From positions 128,001 to 192,000 of the forward strand of contig JABCTZ010000036.1 in the NCBI GenBank assembly GCA_018238155.1: a stretch of 64,000 bases of DNA. Reading direction: 5' to 3'. Position 1 is the stretch's first letter. Each line of letters opens with the position of its first letter. This document shows, one piece after another, positions 19,109-29,633 of this stretch. The stretch is from Candidatus Heimdallarchaeota archaeon (lineage in GTDB: Archaea; Asgardarchaeota; Heimdallarchaeia; JABLTI01). The notes under the pieces are model-generated. The model saw only the letters and a program-made list of their open reading frames with translations. It was not told the origin of the DNA and searched no databases. A program made the position numbers and the translations under genes.

Positions 19109-20872
19109 CTAGAACTTCCCTTTTATATTGACAAAATCGTCTTCAGAGTAGTTATTTATCTTACTAAAATTATGTATTTTCCATACGTTAATAATTTCAT
19201 CAAATGTTAATTCTTTGAGAATTTTACTTAATATTACTCTCATTAATACTTCCTTTGTATAAGGTCTCTTAGAATCTTGAAATGCAATTGCTTTTAATAA
19301 GTTCTTAGAAATTCTAGAATTAAGTGCAGTACAACCAAAAAGAGCTTCATCGTATGTTTCAAAACCGAGGTAATAACAAGTATCATCCAGCATAACAGGT
19401 TGATTGTTAATGGGACTAATTAAAGCGAAGATTGGTTCTTTATACATAGCACCAATGGCTATTTTGAATGGACGAAAGGCATATTCCCCAATACCAAAAA
19501 TTGAAAATGGAGCTTTGTTTTTATAGATAGAAGATTTTCTTTTGGTGAAGTATTCAATTTTTGAGTTCAGATAGTCCCAAATCTTCGGATATTTTGATTC
19601 AATGTATGCCGTATCTTCGTTCAACTTTTTGTGTGGAATGATTATTCTTCTTTTCGTTTCTATTATTTCAAATGTTCTCAAGTTTGATCCTTTTAACAAA
19701 GGATAGAGTAATTTCTGTTCGAAATCTAAAATTTCTCCTAATTTGTTCGTTAATTGATGATCTTTGTTAAAAGACAGCTCCAATACTTTCGAGCAATCAT
19801 GTTTTACTCCTTGTCGCCATACATGTTTTGATTTACCATCAAAAACGTTGACTTTTTTATACTTCTCAAAATCTGAGACAAATTTGTTATCTATCCAACC
19901 AAATTTTCTAATTAGAATTTCAGGTGCATCCAAATCATAAACCTTGCAATAGTGTGCTTCATTTGAAGCATTTAAATCAAAAATAAATAATGATGCATTG
20001 CAAGATTTCCCAAATTCTTTCGTAGCATCAATTTGATATTGTTGTAAATTGCTTATTTTCTTGTCAGAGGTTAGAAGGCTTTTTGTGATATTTCTTATTA
20101 CGGTGTTTTTACAGAGCAAAGCTACTTTACCTTCACAACTGGAGAAATTATCGATTATTTTTTGAATTATTGATTCAGCAATATCGAAATTGCTCTTTCC
20201 TGTTAAAGCTTCAAGCCCAACTAACTTCATCTTATTGCTTTTATTTGGAAGATTACTTGAATTCAGAGAGCTTAATTCAGCATTTGTGATCCACGGGGGA
20301 TTTCCAACTATCAGAATGGGTGTATGCTCTAGAGAACTAATTAGCTCCTTAAAATCGTGACTAAAAATATTATCTCTATGAACAAATATATCTAATTCTG
20401 GTATTGGTTCCTCTGTATATCTTTGTAAAAGAGAATTGATACCAAAATTCCAAATGCGCTCTTTTTGAATTTCTATTCCATAAACAGCTCCCGCATTTGG
20501 AAAATACTCCGATATTTGAAGAATAAAATTACCATCACCAAATGTTGGCTCAATGATGAGCCCAGGTTGGATGCCTGTCAATGTAATTAAATTCAATACT
20601 TTTTTCACTAAACTTGGTGGAGTTTGGATATCTGCCCATTCATTACTTTTAGGTATTATTTTTGAATTCTTGCCATGTGACTTCGTTAAGATTAGATGGC
20701 TCTTGAATTCAAGTAATTCTTCTTGAGAGCTGAAAAAATTAGTTATTCGTGTTAGACCTCTGAAGATTTCATTTGCTTTTTCGTAATTTGTTGATTTGTC
20801 AAAAAGTGATATAATAGTTGAAAAATATTTTCTTATATCCTCTTCATTCAAATTTACGAATTCTCCTGTCAT
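19109..20872 (-). CDS. DNA amino-methyltransferase (N6-adenine, gamma class), apparently solitary
   Basis: Motif I IIEPTFGDGNF precedes motif IV GNPPW; C-terminal TRD region. Confidence 0.85.
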   Translation of the reverse strand: MTGEFVNLNEEDIRKYFSTIISLFDKSTNYEKANEIFRGLTRITNFFSSQEELLEFKSHLILTKSHGKNSKIIPKSNEWADIQTPPSLVKKVLNLITLTGIQPGLIIEPTFGDGNFILQISEYFPNAGAVYGIEIQKERIWNFGINSLLQRYTEEPIPELDIFVHRDNIFSHDFKELISSLEHTPILIVGNPPWITNAELSSLNSSNLPNKSNKMKLVGLEALTGKSNFDIAESIIQKIIDNFSSCEGKVALLCKNTVIRNITKSLLTSDKKISNLQQYQIDATKEFGKSCNASLFIFDLNASNEAHYCKVYDLDAPEILIRKFGWIDNKFVSDFEKYKKVNVFDGKSKHVWRQGVKHDCSKVLELSFNKDHQLTNKLGEILDFEQKLLYPLLKGSNLRTFEIIETKRRIIIPHKKLNEDTAYIESKYPKIWDYLNSKIEYFTKRKSSIYKNKAPFSIFGIGEYAFRPFKIAIGAMYKEPIFALISPINNQPVMLDDTCYYLGFETYDEALFGCTALNSRISKNLLKAIAFQDSKRPYTKEVLMRVILSKILKELTFDEIINVWKIHNFSKINNYSEDDFVNIKGKF

Positions 20873-21060
20873 TTCATTTACTAATGATTACATCACAAAT
20901 ACTTTATTATCAACATTTTCCTACACCTTCAAAAAATCTTTTTTGACGAAAAGGTAATATATAGATAGTACATTCAAAGTAACATGAACAAATTACTCTT
21001 TCGAGTATTTTTCTGAAAGATCAACAGGGTGAACGAACTTTCAGTTAACTGGTCTCTGAG

Positions 21061-21672
21061 TTGAATTTATTGATGAAAGATAGTGATACATATGATAAAT
21101 TATTTGCCGAATTAGGTAACCGCGATATAAAAGATCGCTCAAATGCAATTGATGTTTTAGCTTCAATGAAAAATGAAGAAATTATCACTCATTTGGTTTC
21201 TCTTCTCAGAGAAAATTCCTCACGAATTATACGTGAAGGTGCATGTAAGACTCTTGGAAAAATTGCTGATACACAAGCTACTGATCCTCTCATTTTAGCA
21301 CTCGATGATTCTGAAGAAAGTGTACGGTATCAAGCTGCAATTGCTTTGGGACAAATTGGTGATAGGAAGGCTGTCAATTCACTATTAAGAATTCTGAAAC
21401 AAAAAGACGATCCACTCGTTAGATCTGAAGCGGCAAAAGCACTCGGTTTAATTGGTGATCCTAGCGCTCTTAAAATACTTTTGAATATTCTCCGGAAAGA
21501 AGAAGATCGATTTCTTAAATATCATGTAGTAACTTCATTGGGACGTATTGGTGAACCAAAAGCTAAGAAAGCTCTTGAAAAAATAATCAAAGATGAATCT
21601 GATGATAGATTGATTTTGCGTTCAAGAGAAGCACTAGAAAAAATTACTGGCGGTAATATTGTAGCTGGATAA
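21061..21672 (+). CDS. HEAT/PBS-lyase repeat protein
   Basis: Repeats VRYQAAIALGQIGD, VRSEAAKALGLIGD; ATG 21073 is an alternative start. Confidence 0.9.
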   Translation: MNLLMKDSDTYDKLFAELGNRDIKDRSNAIDVLASMKNEEIITHLVSLLRENSSRIIREGACKTLGKIADTQATDPLILALDDSEESVRYQAAIALGQIGDRKAVNSLLRILKQKDDPLVRSEAAKALGLIGDPSALKILLNILRKEEDRFLKYHVVTSLGRIGEPKAKKALEKIIKDESDDRLILRSREALEKITGGNIVAG

Positions 21673-22106
21673 GAAAAAGAAACTAAATATTCCTTTTGCT
21701 CTATCTTCCCTTAAATTTCACAGTAAACATCTGTTGGATAAATTTTTTTACTGAAATCTAGGTTTTATTATATAACAGATATACTTCAGCTATATACTCC
21801 TGAGTTTGTACAAATATTGAAGTATCTGCCATAACCTAACTAGTATCTTCATTTATTACCATAATAATCCGTTCATTTAATCAAATACTGTTATTTATCT
21901 TCTTCTAATGTGAGAAAAGAACCATTAAACGAAAATTATTTCCTTTGTTGTTAATTTATAAACAAATTTATTGTCTTTTCTTCTCTTGCGTAAAAAACCA
22001 GAACTGTAATATATCTCCAAGTTATCTAAATCAATTATCTGGAAAATCAATATGGTTTCAAAATATCTAATAGGTTAGACTTTAGAATTTATTGGAATGA
22101 TTTATA

Positions 22107-22793
22107 GTGCCTTCAAATGTAGTATTAAGTTTAAAAGCAAAAACAAGACATGTTATGTTGGAACAAATTATTTTAGCAGAGTTTTCAAAAATAGCTATTT
22201 TAGAAATACGAGCAGATTTTTTGATAGCAAGTGAACTTACTTTTGAAGTCATGCAAATGATTCGAAAAGCTACCAGTAAACAAATTATTTTCACTCTCAG
22301 AAAAGAAAGTGAAGGAGGTTTTTGTTCTTTTTCTGATGCTGAACGATATGAATTCTATAAAAGCGCTATGGATCTTGGTTATGATTATATCGATGTGGAA
22401 TATTCTTCGAAAGATCTAGTACAAAAGTTATTTGAAGAAAAGCATTCCTCAAAGATCATTCTCTCATATCACAATTTTAGAGATACTAATCCTGTGGAAA
22501 TTACTAATACTTATCTTGATATGTGTTATCAGAAACCTGATGTAATAAAAATTGCTACAATGGCCAATAAAGAAACTGATAATGAAATTCTTCAAGAGTT
22601 ACTCAATGGGCACAAAATCAATTCTACAGATTTAACTTGTTTTTGTATTGGTGACCTTGGAAAGAAGAGTAGGATCTCTAATATGAAAAATAGTAATTCA
22701 TTAACATTTGTTGCAACAGAGAAAAGAAGAAAAACATTCCCCGGACAACTTACTTATGAAGAATTATTAAGAATAAAAGATGAACCGATTTAG
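22107..22793 (+). CDS. aroD: Type I 3-dehydroquinate dehydratase
   Basis: EIRAD, IFTLRKESEGG, DYIDVE, ILSYHNF, DVIKIA (Schiff-base Lys), PGQL. Confidence 0.85.
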   Translation: MPSNVVLSLKAKTRHVMLEQIILAEFSKIAILEIRADFLIASELTFEVMQMIRKATSKQIIFTLRKESEGGFCSFSDAERYEFYKSAMDLGYDYIDVEYSSKDLVQKLFEEKHSSKIILSYHNFRDTNPVEITNTYLDMCYQKPDVIKIATMANKETDNEILQELLNGHKINSTDLTCFCIGDLGKKSRISNMKNSNSLTFVATEKRRKTFPGQLTYEELLRIKDEPI

Positions 22794-22902
22794 CATGCTT
22801 GAGTTAATAGTAATAAAATATATATGACTATTTGATTTTTGTATGGTTATTTTTTGACCTTTATTCTTTTTATTAGAATGTGTTTATATATAACCACATA
22901 CA

Positions 22903-22956
22903 TCCTAGATATAGGAGAATACTATAATATAGTAAATTACTCTCTAAAGAGTAATT
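22903..22956. promoter_or_regulatory. Three adjacent inverted repeats upstream of the double-AbrB gene
   Basis: TCCTA-n4-TAGGA, TACTAT-n3-ATAGTA, AATTACTCT-n4-AGAGTAATT downstream of TTTATATA (about 22883). Confidence 0.4.
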
Positions 22957-22984
22957 AGTAGAATAGCATTTCTTGGTGTTTTGA

Positions 22985-23350
22985 GTGAATGAAATTAATA
23001 ACTTTAACTCAATTTTAAAGTTAAGTGTAACTGAGAACCATAAACTGCTTTACATTAATTTACCAAAGGAGCTTATACAAACGCTGAATTTGACCGAAAA
23101 TGATTTACTTGAATATGATATTAGAGGTAAACAGTTCTATTGTCGGAAAAAAGGTTCAGAAGCAATGCTACGAAATACAAGTAACAATCTCTTTGCTGGT
23201 TTAAAAGTTGAACGAACTATAACACGGAATAATACTATTCTACGAACGAATCTTCCGAAAGAAGTAGCTCAACCATTAGCTATTACGAAAGGAGATGTGG
23301 TTGAAATCTCTTTAGAGAAGAAAGTAATAATCGGAAAAAAAATTTACTAA
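22985..23350 (+). CDS. Tandem AbrB/MazE-like DNA-binding protein
   Basis: Two repeats: INLPKELIQTLNLTENDLLEY and TNLPKEVAQPLAITKGDVVEI. Confidence 0.75.
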   Translation: MNEINNFNSILKLSVTENHKLLYINLPKELIQTLNLTENDLLEYDIRGKQFYCRKKGSEAMLRNTSNNLFAGLKVERTITRNNTILRTNLPKEVAQPLAITKGDVVEISLEKKVIIGKKIY

Positions 23351-23377
23351 AAATGAATATTCACAGGAGAAAATAGA

Positions 23378-26077
23378 TTGCGAATACGAAACCGAATTAT
23401 GGTTACATTCATTGTTTTGTTGATTCTTCCATCGGTAGTAATGATTACTATTTCTAGTAGTCGAATAAGTTTACTATCAAAGGAGAATGCCAATGACTCA
23501 TCCGCTGCTCTTTTAAAGGAAGAGTTAGAACATCTTGATCGATTGTCTTCAGATGCGTCTCAGAAAATTAATGAGTTGTTTAACCAAATCGTTGCAGAAG
23601 TAACGATGCTTGACAATTATACAGAACGACTTTTCAATGGTGATATTCCCATTGATTCTTATCAATCATATTGGTGGGATTCAGCTTTAGAATTCTCAGA
23701 AACAGGACGAACAATACCTGGCATTGGGTATAATGCTGATTATGATTCTGACATCTCATTTGATACAAGTTGTTATTACATTCCAAGAGATAAACTCACT
23801 AATTTACCTGGATCTGACCCACACGCTTGGACACCAGAATTAAAAACTCTCTTGGATAATTCCTCAAATATGGATATTGTTTTTAAGAATCTTCACGAAG
23901 CAAATCCTAATTATATTTGGATTTACGCTGCTTTTGCTGATTCAGATTATTCTTTATTTAGAAATTATCCATATGATACGATGATTTGGACTCAAGAAGA
24001 TGAAGACGGTAATCCAGTTCCTGCTGCTGATGACTGGGACCCTCTTGAACAAGATTGGTATCAAAATGCTGCTTCTATCGCTGATAATAGAACGGCTTTC
24101 ACTGCTCCATATTTTGACCCCGTAGGATTGATTCTCTCAGTGGGACGTCCAGTGAGATTTACTAATGGAACTCTCTTTGGAGTAGTTAGTGTGGACATTA
24201 TGATTCAGACTATGCAACAAGATATTCTTGATCTTGATGTTAGCACAAATGGTTATGCTTTTCTTATTGATAGCAATGGTGATACTATTACACACCCTGA
24301 TTTAGTTGATGATTTTGTATCAATTGAAGAGTTAGAAATGTCTGATGCAACAAATAGTGAACAAACTGCTTTTACAACTATTATCAACGATATGAAGTCT
24401 GGAGAAGCTGATATTGCTGATTTCACAAAAAATGGCGATAAATGGTACATCTCTTATCAATCAATAGATGCTGCAGGTTATTCCTTAGCATTGATAGTTC
24501 CTGAAGCAGATATTGTAGAACCGATAGAAGAATTAAGAGCTGAAATCCTTCGAAGAAGTACAAATAACATACTAATTTCTGTTGGATTATTGATTCTTGC
24601 TCTAGCCTTGATTATTTTTGTTTCAGTAAGTGTTTCACGAAGAACAGTACAACCTATAGAAGATTTCATTGATTTAACTGAAAGAATTGCTAAAGGTGAT
24701 TTATCTCGAGACCTCGATGATGATGAAACGATTCCAAGAGAAATTCGTGGTTTGCATGAAGCGCTTGATGGGCTATTAACTGCCTTGCGATTTGGGAATT
24801 CGGACTATTATGGTGGAAATCTTGATTTAGCATACAACAACTATCTGAAAGCTCTCAAACTATTTGAAACAACTAAGGATGATGCCGGTATTGGTGTTTG
24901 TTTGAATAACCTTGGAAATGTTTATCGAGAATGGGGCGAAATGGATCAAGCCAAAGATTTCTATGCAAAAGCTATCACTGTTGCAGAAAAACTCAACGAT
25001 AAGGCCAGTTTAGCTTCAAGATACAATAATTTTGGTTTAACCTTATTAGATGTTGGTAACGTTGAAGAAGCACAAAAATATCTTGAAAAAGCATTAACTC
25101 TAAATGAGAGTTTAGGAAATATTCGTGGAAGAGTTCTTTGTTTGAATAATCTTGGTTTAGCACACTTTAAGAAAGGCTCAATAAAACTTGCATACGGTTT
25201 CTATGAAGATGCCTTAAAACTAGCCGAAGAAGATGATTTCCTAAGAGGAGCAGCACATAGTCAACTAAATCTTGCTGTTTTCTATCTAGAACAATTTGAT
25301 GTTCTAACCGCTAAAGAATACTTCAAGAAAGCCCTAGAAAGTTCTCAAATGGTAAATGACGTTCTCCTCGAAGAAGAAGTTTTACAACGATTCCAATTAA
25401 TTGAGAACGAACTCGGTGAAGATGCAACTGAAGAACAAATTAAGGATACATTGGCAAGATTGCGAGGTTCTGCTTCTCCACAAAAAACTGTGCAATATGT
25501 TCTTGACTACAGTGGTTCAATGAGTGGTTCACGTAGCAGAGCTTCAATTAGAGGTTCTCTTGACCTTCTAAAGACCGCTCTAAAAGACAAAGACACTGTT
25601 GGTATTATTACATTCTTTACTCAAAGTCACACTATTATGAACTTTACACAAGTAAGGAATAATCGTCAACACATTCAACAAACGTTTAAACGTTTAACTA
25701 GACCAAATGGCAATACTGCTATGTGGGATGCTATAATTGATGGCATTGAGAATTTGTCTCAAGTGGGTGGAACACAAAGATGGTTGGTGTTGTTAACAGA
25801 TGGAGAAGATAACTCCAGTAAAAAAACTGCTACTGATGTGAAGCGCATCATTAAGAAGTTGAAATATCAATTGAATTTAGTAATTATTAGTGTTGGAAAC
25901 ATCGGAAATGATGAATTGGAACTAATGGACTTTACTAAAACGCTTAATGGTACTTTCATCAAAGTTGATGATACTAAGAATGTTCACAAAGCAATTGAAA
26001 AAGCATTCAAGACCGTTGGACAATTGATGTCTCAAGCACAAGTATCAGTCGAAGGACTGGTATTGGATGATTTGTGA
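23378..26077 (+). CDS. Membrane receptor: TM-dCache-TM-HAMP-TPR-vWA
   Basis: Two TMs; WY..FTAPYFD..GVVSVD and GYAFLID..G..ITHP (dCache_1); PI..TERIAKGDL..E (HAMP); LNNLG TPRs; DYSGS/T/LTDG MIDAS. Confidence 0.88.
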   Translation: MRIRNRIMVTFIVLLILPSVVMITISSSRISLLSKENANDSSAALLKEELEHLDRLSSDASQKINELFNQIVAEVTMLDNYTERLFNGDIPIDSYQSYWWDSALEFSETGRTIPGIGYNADYDSDISFDTSCYYIPRDKLTNLPGSDPHAWTPELKTLLDNSSNMDIVFKNLHEANPNYIWIYAAFADSDYSLFRNYPYDTMIWTQEDEDGNPVPAADDWDPLEQDWYQNAASIADNRTAFTAPYFDPVGLILSVGRPVRFTNGTLFGVVSVDIMIQTMQQDILDLDVSTNGYAFLIDSNGDTITHPDLVDDFVSIEELEMSDATNSEQTAFTTIINDMKSGEADIADFTKNGDKWYISYQSIDAAGYSLALIVPEADIVEPIEELRAEILRRSTNNILISVGLLILALALIIFVSVSVSRRTVQPIEDFIDLTERIAKGDLSRDLDDDETIPREIRGLHEALDGLLTALRFGNSDYYGGNLDLAYNNYLKALKLFETTKDDAGIGVCLNNLGNVYREWGEMDQAKDFYAKAITVAEKLNDKASLASRYNNFGLTLLDVGNVEEAQKYLEKALTLNESLGNIRGRVLCLNNLGLAHFKKGSIKLAYGFYEDALKLAEEDDFLRGAAHSQLNLAVFYLEQFDVLTAKEYFKKALESSQMVNDVLLEEEVLQRFQLIENELGEDATEEQIKDTLARLRGSASPQKTVQYVLDYSGSMSGSRSRASIRGSLDLLKTALKDKDTVGIITFFTQSHTIMNFTQVRNNRQHIQQTFKRLTRPNGNTAMWDAIIDGIENLSQVGGTQRWLVLLTDGEDNSSKKTATDVKRIIKKLKYQLNLVIISVGNIGNDELELMDFTKTLNGTFIKVDDTKNVHKAIEKAFKTVGQLMSQAQVSVEGLVLDDL

Positions 26078-26089
26078 GGTTGTGAAAAG

Positions 26090-27580
26090 ATGACTATAAC
26101 CGACTTTTTCAAAAGAAGAAGCATTAGAACAAATATAATGGTAAGCTTTTTCCTATTGTCCATCCTCTTCATGGGTGGAATTGGTGGTATCTCTCACCTA
26201 CTTGTACAACGATCTGGTGATCAAACGATTACAGACAGTACAGCCGCATTAGAGGAACAAATAACTGCAAACATTGCAATTACTGCAGAGAAAAATGCAG
26301 AAATCATCAACGAGAAACTTTCTAGTGCACAAGCAATGGTAGACTTTTTGGCAAGTGAATTGGAATATGTTTTCAGTGATGAAAATCGATATGGTGATCG
26401 CGATGTTTACTATGACCTTTGGTTTGATAATACAACTTCGTTACATTCAACACATTCACCCATTGATACTCATTGGGATAGTGATTATCAAGTAGATCTT
26501 AGCTGGGACTATTCAAGCTATTATTACTCCCACTCTGATGCCGCTGACTATGATACCTTGACACTAAAACAAAATCAAACTTTGGAAACAGTAGCAAATA
26601 TGGATTATGCATTCCAAAATGTTCATGATAATGCCCCCGATTTTAGATGGTTATACATTGTTCTGCCATTTGATGGAGCAGGAATTGATTTGTTTATCAA
26701 TTATCCAGGGAGTTGTGTTGCAGGAACAGATGCTGAAAGACTCGCTGAACCTTGGATTCCAAGCGAAACCGAAGATTGGTATACAGAAGTTCTTGCAGGT
26801 GATGGTGACATTGTTTTCACTGAGCCATATTTTGATCCAATTGATGGTATTCCTTTGATTACAATCGGACGTAGTGTAAGCTTCTCAAATGGTACATTAA
26901 TCGGTGTTATTTTTGGAGATATCTCGATTGAAACAATGGTTGACAAAATCTTAGCTGTTACAGTATTAGAGACTGGTTACGCTTCTTTAGTTACAAGTAG
27001 CGGCTCAGTTGTTGCCCATCCTGAATTGATAATTGAGGAAGGAGAAGATGAATACCCAGACATCTCTAATGTAGAGGCAAATAGTGACAGCACTTCTGCT
27101 CTCACAAGTGCCCAATTAACTGCAATCTTTTCCGGTGTTTCTGGACTACTACGTTATACACGAGATGCTCAAGAGAGATTTCTTGCTTATCATCCTGTTG
27201 GCAAAGGGAACTACATTAGCCTCATTATCTTGCCTGTTGATGAAGCATTAGCTGGCATTGAACCTGTTGAGGAAAGAATGACTGCTGCAGTTGCTAGTAC
27301 AACAACGATTATTTGGATAATTGCTGGAGCGAGTTTAGCTATTGGCATAGCTATTGGTTTAACTCTTACAGCCTATATCACTAAACCATTTAATCATCTG
27401 ATAGAGGTTGCTCGTTCTCTCTCAACAAGGAGAGCGCGAAGAGACATCATGGACGGACTTATGACAGCAATTGATCCTAAATTGCTTGAAAGCGAAGATG
27501 AATTAGGAGAACTTACTCGAGCATTCAAAGGAATGATAGATTCTGTTCAACAAGCGGAGCTAGAGAAGAATGATGATTAA
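26090..27580 (+). CDS. Membrane receptor: TM-dCache-TM-HAMP with no output domain
   Basis: WY..FTEPYFD..GVIFGD, GYASLV..G.VVAHP; ITKPF..EDELGELTRAF HAMP, then stop. Confidence 0.88.
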   Translation: MTITDFFKRRSIRTNIMVSFFLLSILFMGGIGGISHLLVQRSGDQTITDSTAALEEQITANIAITAEKNAEIINEKLSSAQAMVDFLASELEYVFSDENRYGDRDVYYDLWFDNTTSLHSTHSPIDTHWDSDYQVDLSWDYSSYYYSHSDAADYDTLTLKQNQTLETVANMDYAFQNVHDNAPDFRWLYIVLPFDGAGIDLFINYPGSCVAGTDAERLAEPWIPSETEDWYTEVLAGDGDIVFTEPYFDPIDGIPLITIGRSVSFSNGTLIGVIFGDISIETMVDKILAVTVLETGYASLVTSSGSVVAHPELIIEEGEDEYPDISNVEANSDSTSALTSAQLTAIFSGVSGLLRYTRDAQERFLAYHPVGKGNYISLIILPVDEALAGIEPVEERMTAAVASTTTIIWIIAGASLAIGIAIGLTLTAYITKPFNHLIEVARSLSTRRARRDIMDGLMTAIDPKLLESEDELGELTRAFKGMIDSVQQAELEKNDD

Positions 27581-27617
27581 TTCTTCTCTCTCTTTATCTT
27601 TTTTGGAGTAAAATTAA

Positions 27618-29441
27618 ATGACATGGACATTAGAAGACAGTAAACTGATTTATTACGCAAATCGAAACGATTTTTCATATCTCGATATAAATGCTAAAGG
27701 ACAGCTTGAACTGATAATTGATGAAAAAAGTATTTCCTTCCAAGATATAGTGAAGATGGTTCATAAAAAAACTAAATATAAGAAAACTTCCTTTGCAATA
27801 CGAGTTCCTCAATTAATAACAAAACAGATTCAAAAATTAATTCAATCTTTTGATACTGCCATTATAAAATATGATTACGTTGGAAATTATTTTCCTATCT
27901 ATCCGATTAAAGTTAATTCACAAAGATTAATTATTGAATCTATTATTAAATCCCATCCAACATATTCTTTTGAAGCCGGAACCAAATCAGAATTCATTTT
28001 ATTACTGCATGCACTTGAGACTGAAAAGCATCGATTAATTATGTGTAATGGCGGAAAAGACCCGGAATATTTACGCTCAATTAATCAAGCTATAAAAGAT
28101 GGTTATAGTGTGTGTATTTCAATTGAAACAATTCTTGAGATGAAGGATACACTCAAAATTATTGATGAAGAGAATGTTCAATTGGCTTTAAGAATAAAAC
28201 CTTATGTTGCAATGCACGGTCATTGGGGTGAATCTAGTGGACGTCATTCCAAATTTGGTTTGTCTATTGCTGAAATGCTTGAAGTAGTGAAAATTCTCAA
28301 ACAGAAAAAGAAATCAAAATTAGTAACTATGTTGCATGCTCATCCGGGATCACAAGTAACTACTCTCCCTGATTTCTATCCATTTGCTGAATTCATGGCA
28401 AATACTTTCAAGAAATTACATAGTCTTGGCCTTACCTCTCTAGATACAATTAATTTTGGAGGCGGTTTGCCTATAGACTATGATAATAGTCTTGACCCAA
28501 ATTTTATGGAGAAATACGCTCAGATTCTTGTAGAACAATTAGTAAAATTCCTTCCTGATTTTCAACCAAATATTTCAACAGAATCTGGGAGAGCAATAAC
28601 TGCTACTTCAACTATGATAATGGTGAAAGTGATTGAGAAATATGCTATTTTTCCTGAAAAAGAACCAAAACAAAAACTCCTTGATAATTTTCAACAACGT
28701 TTTGATCGTTTATCGCAAGTTCAAAGTATAGAACAGATTATTGAGAATTGGTTTGATTGGGATAGAAAATCTGGACAGTTAATTGATCCCGACAAACTAT
28801 TAGCCTTTGAATTTTTATCCTTTAAATTGAAAAAAAATCTCAGAATGAAATTCTATGACTTTTCAGGCTATAGCAATTACTTAGAAAATGAAACTATTAG
28901 GTCATTGCTGATGCCTGAATTTACACTCCAAGGAAATTTCTCTGTTTTCAATAGTATAGCTGATTATGTACTTGTTCACCAATATTTTCCGGTAATACCA
29001 ATTAGTGATTTACATGAGCAACCTGAAACAATTGCTCGATTATTTGATATAACATGTGATAGCGATGGAAAGGTTGCTACATATCATACCATTCAATCCA
29101 CGAAGAAATTATTCACCAAAGATGACTTTCTTTTGACCTATCCTGAACAAAAAATTCTTAATGGATTTCCAATCGGTAGCCTCAGAAATATTGTAGGTGG
29201 TTATTTACTCATTCCTCTTGCAGGAGCGTATCAGGACATCATTGAATTCAATCATAACCTCTTGGGTGATTTACCTGATATTCTTGTTGGATTTGATGAA
29301 GGAGATTGGCATGTTGAACTTATTAATGGAGCTCAATCAATAAGCGATCTTCTAGCTGAGGTTGGTTTTATTTCTACAGTCACTGACGATCCATATATGG
29401 ATCAAGATGACGATGAAGACGAGAAAGAAATACTAGAATAA
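27618..29441 (+). CDS. speA: Biosynthetic arginine decarboxylase (fold III PLP)
   Basis: YPIKVN, FEAGTKSE, CNGGKD, SKFGL, HAHPGSQ, TESGRA, NFSVF.S..D, DITCDSDGK, GAYQ. Confidence 0.88.
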   Translation: MTWTLEDSKLIYYANRNDFSYLDINAKGQLELIIDEKSISFQDIVKMVHKKTKYKKTSFAIRVPQLITKQIQKLIQSFDTAIIKYDYVGNYFPIYPIKVNSQRLIIESIIKSHPTYSFEAGTKSEFILLLHALETEKHRLIMCNGGKDPEYLRSINQAIKDGYSVCISIETILEMKDTLKIIDEENVQLALRIKPYVAMHGHWGESSGRHSKFGLSIAEMLEVVKILKQKKKSKLVTMLHAHPGSQVTTLPDFYPFAEFMANTFKKLHSLGLTSLDTINFGGGLPIDYDNSLDPNFMEKYAQILVEQLVKFLPDFQPNISTESGRAITATSTMIMVKVIEKYAIFPEKEPKQKLLDNFQQRFDRLSQVQSIEQIIENWFDWDRKSGQLIDPDKLLAFEFLSFKLKKNLRMKFYDFSGYSNYLENETIRSLLMPEFTLQGNFSVFNSIADYVLVHQYFPVIPISDLHEQPETIARLFDITCDSDGKVATYHTIQSTKKLFTKDDFLLTYPEQKILNGFPIGSLRNIVGGYLLIPLAGAYQDIIEFNHNLLGDLPDILVGFDEGDWHVELINGAQSISDLLAEVGFISTVTDDPYMDQDDDEDEKEILE

Positions 29442-29633
29442 TCTTTCTCTTCATTATTCTTATCTTTAGTGATTTTTTTCTAGCGTTGTTTGGAATAAAT
29501 ACCATTTTTTTCTCCTAACCAAAATAAGGTCATAAATTATGGTTGAATTTAAGAAAAGCTCCTAATTCATATTTAAGTGAAAACAACATTCTTTAGTGAA
29601 AGGTAAAAAATGTGAATTATAAAAACAAGAAGT

